Assembly: GCA_963767005.1 (NCBI GenBank)
Contig: CAVYCN010000002.1
Span: 416,001 to 480,000 of the forward strand
Length of the DNA stretch: 64,000 bases
Source of the DNA: an uncultured Actinomycetes bacterium
GTDB lineage: Bacteria > Actinomycetota > Thermoleophilia > UBA2241
Direction: 5' to 3'
Made by a program: the position numbers and the translations under genes. This document shows, one piece after another, positions 60,635-64,000 of this stretch (position 1 is the stretch's first letter; every line of letters starts with the position of its first letter). The notes below the pieces were generated by a model. The model made no database searches. It worked only from the letters and a program-made list of their open reading frames with translations, and was not told the DNA's origin.

Positions 60635-61507
60635 CTAGAAGACATGCTTCGCCCGATTGAAGAGCTTCTCCTCGACGTTGTGGTAGAACGAGCCGCCCTC
60701 GCTCACGAGCAGGCGCGCGCGGGCGGCGCCGGCGGTGATCTCGACCGTCTCGCCGCAGCACAGGCGACCCACCTCGGTGCCGTCGGCGAGGATCTCGGCT
60801 TCGTCGGTGGGCGACGAGTTGCGCACCCGGATGACGTGATCGGGGCGCAGCACGAGCGGCCGGAACCCGAGGGAATGCGGGGCGATGAAGTTGAGCACGA
60901 GAGCGTCGGCGTCCCACACGACGAGAGGGCCGGCGCACGAGAGGTTGTAGGCCGTGGAGCCCGCCGGGGAGGCCACGATCATGCCGTCGCACAGCATCTC
61001 GCCGACGCGCGTGCCCGACACCTCGTAGACCAGGCGAACGACGCGCTGCGAGCGCACGCGTGCCAGCACGATGTCGTTGACGGCGGCGAAGCGCGCGCCG
61101 TTCAGGCGAGCCTCGACGGTGAGCAGTTCGATGATCGTGTAGCTGCCGCGCGTGATGCGCTCGAGGCCCTCGCGCCAGTCGCTGCGGCGCATGCCGGCCA
61201 GAAAGCCGACGTTGCCGAAGTTCACCCCGGTGGTCGGCACGCCGCTGCCCAGCATGCGCCCGAGGGCGCGCAGGATCGTGCCGTCGCCGCCCAGCACGAG
61301 GCACAGGTCGACGGTGCGCAGCTCGTCGTCGCCGACGACGCGAAAGCCGTTCGCCGCGTCGAAGCCGTGCTTGGCGCCCTCGTCGAGCGGCACCACGAGG
61401 TCGAGGCCGAGACGATGCCCCTCGGCGGCCAGGTCGGTCAGCGTCGCGGCCGTGGTGCGCGGGTCGGTGTGGGTGAGGACGGCGACACGCCGCAAGGCCT
61501 CAGCCAT
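60635..61507 (-). CDS. nadK: NAD(+) kinase
   Basis: LGGDGTIL, GFL, AVND, DGMIVASPAGSTAYNLS. Confidence 0.93.
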   Translation of the reverse strand: MAEALRRVAVLTHTDPRTTAATLTDLAAEGHRLGLDLVVPLDEGAKHGFDAANGFRVVGDDELRTVDLCLVLGGDGTILRALGRMLGSGVPTTGVNFGNVGFLAGMRRSDWREGLERITRGSYTIIELLTVEARLNGARFAAVNDIVLARVRSQRVVRLVYEVSGTRVGEMLCDGMIVASPAGSTAYNLSCAGPLVVWDADALVLNFIAPHSLGFRPLVLRPDHVIRVRNSSPTDEAEILADGTEVGRLCCGETVEITAGAARARLLVSEGGSFYHNVEEKLFNRAKHVF

Positions 61508-62300
61508 GGACGGCCTCGACCGCCGCGCTCGCGGCCTGCCGCGCGTCGAGGCGCGCCGCGGCCAGCGGGCTGCGCGCGTCGCAGAAGTACGCGAAGTATT
61601 CCACGTTGCCCCTCGGGCCGGGGTGTCCGGAGTCGCATGCGCCGAGCACCGCGGCCCCGCGCTGCTCGAGCCACGCGCCGAAGCCGGCGACGACCTGCAG
61701 GTGGACGGCCGGGTCGCGCACGACGCCGCCCTTGCCGACCAGCTCGCGGCCGGCTTCGAACTGCGGCTTGACGAGCACGAGGCCGCGATAGTCGGCGCGG
61801 GCGCATTCTAGCACAGGCCCCAGGGCGAGCCGCAGCGAGATGAAGGACACGTCGGCGGTGACGAAGTCGGGCGCGTAGGGCAAACGATCGCACGTCAGAT
61901 GGCGGCTGTTCGTGCGCTCCAGCACGCTCACCCGGGGATCGCCCCGCAGGCGGTAGTCGAGCAGGCCGTAGCCGACGTCGACCGCGACCACACGGCGCGC
62001 GCCGTGCTGCAGGAGGCAGTCGACGAAGCCGCCCGTCGAGCTGCCCAGGTCGCAGACCTCGGCGCCGTCGACCTCGACCCCGAGCGCCGCCAGGCCATGA
62101 GCCAGCTTGTCGCCGCCACGCGACACGTAGCGTGGCCGGACGGCCAGCACGAGCTCGCTGTCGGCCGCGACCAGCTCCCCCGGCTTGTCGAGACGCCGTC
62201 CGCCGGCCGAGACCTCGCCGGCCAGCACGGCGGCCCGCGCCTGAGAACGCGTGGCGAACAGCCCGCGCGCGACGAGCAGCGTGTCGAGCCGCTCCCGCAC
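61500..62300 (-). CDS. tlyA: TlyA-family rRNA 2'-O-methyltransferase
   Basis: RLDTLLV (S4 domain), YVSRGGDKL, DLGSSTGGF, DVSFISL, VKPQFE, GNVEY. Confidence 0.95.
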   Translation of the reverse strand: MRERLDTLLVARGLFATRSQARAAVLAGEVSAGGRRLDKPGELVAADSELVLAVRPRYVSRGGDKLAHGLAALGVEVDGAEVCDLGSSTGGFVDCLLQHGARRVVAVDVGYGLLDYRLRGDPRVSVLERTNSRHLTCDRLPYAPDFVTADVSFISLRLALGPVLECARADYRGLVLVKPQFEAGRELVGKGGVVRDPAVHLQVVAGFGAWLEQRGAAVLGACDSGHPGPRGNVEYFAYFCDARSPLAAARLDARQAASAAVEAVHG

Positions 62301-62303
62301 CGC

Positions 62304-64000
62304 TCAGCAGATGTGGACGAGACCCGGCTGGCGCTCGAGGACGGCGGCGGCGATCGCCTCGGGGGTGAGGCCGAGGTCGGCCAGCAGCCGCCGTCGGTCG
62401 CCGTGGCCGACGAACTCGTCGGGCAGGCCGAAGCGGCGCACGCGCACGTCGGCATCGGCCAGGTACTCGGCCACGGCGCTGCCGAAGCCGCCGGCGAGGG
62501 CGTTCTCCTCGATCGTGATGATGCGGGCGTGCGTGTCGGCGAGCTCGTCGAGGAGCGCCGTGTCGAGCGGCTTGACGAAGCGCGCGTCGACCACGGTCGG
62601 ATGCGCGCCGGCGCCCTCGAGCAGGTCGGCGGCGCGGAGCGCGAGGTCGACGCCCGTGCCGGCCCCGACAAGCGCCACCTCCCGGCCCTCGCGCAGCACC
62701 CTGGCGGTGCCGATCTCGAGCGCCGTGAGCTCGGCCGGCTCGTCGAAGGCCGCCGCGAGGCCGCGCGGGTAGCGCACGGCCACCGGCCCGTCGTGCAAGA
62801 GCGCCGTGTGGATCATGTGCTGCAGCTCGGCGTGGCTCGACGGCGCCATGACGACGAGGCGCGGGATGAGGCGCAGGTACGAGAGGTCGAACGCACCGTG
62901 GTGCGTGGGTCCGTCGTCGCCGACCAAGCCGGCCCTGTCGAGCGCGAAGACGACCGGGATGCGTTGCAGCGCGACGTCCTGCACGAGCATGTCGAAGGCG
63001 CGTTGCAGGAAGGTCGAGTACACCGCCACCACCGGCCGCATGCCGGCCAGGGCGAGGCCGGCGGCGAAGACGACGGCGTGCTCCTCGGCGATGCCGACGT
63101 CGTAGAGACGCTGCGGGAACTCGGCCTCGAAGGCCTCGAGGCCGGTGCCCTGCGTCATCGCCGCGGTGATCGCCACGACGCGCGGGTCGCGACGCGCCTC
63201 GCGCACCATGACCCTGCCGAAGGCCTCCGTGTAGGTCGAGCCGCGCGCCGCCGCCTTGCGCTCGCCGTTGGCAAGCTCGAACGGGCCGGTGCCGTGGAAC
63301 TCGGCCGGCTGCTCCTCGGCGGGCACGTAGCCCTTGCCTTTCACCGTGCGCACGTGCACGAGCACCGGCCGCTCGGTGTCGATCGCCTGCTGGATGGCGA
63401 GGCGCAGCGCGGCGATGTCGTGACCGTTCACCACACCGATATAGGCGAAGCCGAGCTCCTCGAAGATGAGACCCGGTCCAAGGAAGGCCTTCATGCTCTC
63501 CTTGACGTCCTTGCCCAGGCTGTAGGCGCGCGCGCCGATGGCCGGGATGCGGGCGATGCTGCGTTCCATGTCCTCGCGCAGGCGGGTGAGACCGGGGTCG
63601 AGGCGGAAGCGATTCAGGTAGAGCTGGAAGGCGCCCACGTTGGGCTTGATCGACATCTGGTTGTCGTTCAGCACGACGACGAGCGGCGTGCGGAGCTGGC
63701 CGGCCTGGTTCATGGCCTCGAAGGCGACGCCGCCCGTGAGCGCGCCGTCGCCCAGCACGCAGACGACGTGGCCGTCGCTCCGGCCGCTCAGCTTCACCGC
63801 CTCGACGAGGCCCAGGCCATAACTGATCGACGTCGAGGCGTGGCCGGTGCCGACGACGTCGTGCTCGGATTCGTCGCGACACGGGAAACCCGACAGGCCG
63901 CCGTACTGGCGGATGGTGTTGAAGCACTCGGCGCGCCCCGTGATGATCTTGTGGGCGTAGGCCTGGTGGCCGACGTCCCAGATGATCTTGTCGCGGGGGC
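62304..64000 (-). CDS. dxs: 1-deoxy-D-xylulose-5-phosphate synthase (5' end outside the window)
   Basis: IIWDVGHQAY, GHASTSI, GDGALTGG..FEAMN, NDNQMSI, DVGIAEEHAV, YSTFLQRA, DGPTHHG. Confidence 0.96.
   Translation of the reverse strand, partial: PRDKIIWDVGHQAYAHKIITGRAECFNTIRQYGGLSGFPCRDESEHDVVGTGHASTSISYGLGLVEAVKLSGRSDGHVVCVLGDGALTGGVAFEAMNQAGQLRTPLVVVLNDNQMSIKPNVGAFQLYLNRFRLDPGLTRLREDMERSIARIPAIGARAYSLGKDVKESMKAFLGPGLIFEELGFAYIGVVNGHDIAALRLAIQQAIDTERPVLVHVRTVKGKGYVPAEEQPAEFHGTGPFELANGERKAAARGSTYTEAFGRVMVREARRDPRVVAITAAMTQGTGLEAFEAEFPQRLYDVGIAEEHAVVFAAGLALAGMRPVVAVYSTFLQRAFDMLVQDVALQRIPVVFALDRAGLVGDDGPTHHGAFDLSYLRLIPRLVVMAPSSHAELQHMIHTALLHDGPVAVRYPRGLAAAFDEPAELTALEIGTARVLREGREVALVGAGTGVDLALRAADLLEGAGAHPTVVDARFVKPLDTALLDELADTHARIITIEENALAGGFGSAVAEYLADADVRVRRFGLPDEFVGHGDRRRLLADLGLTPEAIAAAVLERQPGLVHIC

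Overview
Very GC-rich bacterial chromosome segment, most consistent with a deep-branching actinobacterium such as Thermoleophilia (inference from gene content and a WhiG-type sigma factor). Nearly all genes lie on the minus strand. Most of the window is a conserved housekeeping superoperon: dxs-tlyA-nadK-recN-pyrG-M20 peptidase-xerD-deoB-PNP-pdp-rsmD-coaD-DivIVA-like-yceD-rpmF-DRTGG protein-plsX-acpP-rnc-smc-ftsY-GNAT-ffh-rpsP-khpA-rimM-trmD-rplS-lepB-rnhB-yraN-comM-dprA-xerC-whiG/fliA-rpsB-tsf-pyrH-frr-uppS-cdsA-dxr-rseP...ispG...proS. Three glycosylation blocks interrupt it. (1) An 11-gene block between rseP and ispG encodes CDP-3,6-dideoxy/branched-chain sugar enzymes plus GtrA, GtrB and GT-C transferases. 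(2) An inverted UDP-glucuronate decarboxylase + DUF2723 pair sits between ispG and proS. (3) An XRE regulator, GT87, RfbC-like epimerase and SDR follow proS. Main observations: sigma28/WhiG-type promoter motifs (TAA[ACG]-N15/16-GCCGAT) stand in front of the glycosylation genes, while the core genes checked have sigmaA-type motifs. A 58-59 bp MIRU-like repeat family is anchored on TAG stop codons at three loci. Two perfect 21-bp-arm palindromes and other hairpins encode in-frame loop insertions in enzymes. No rRNA, tRNA, CRISPR array or transposase was recognised. All calls come from reading motifs by eye; no database search was run.
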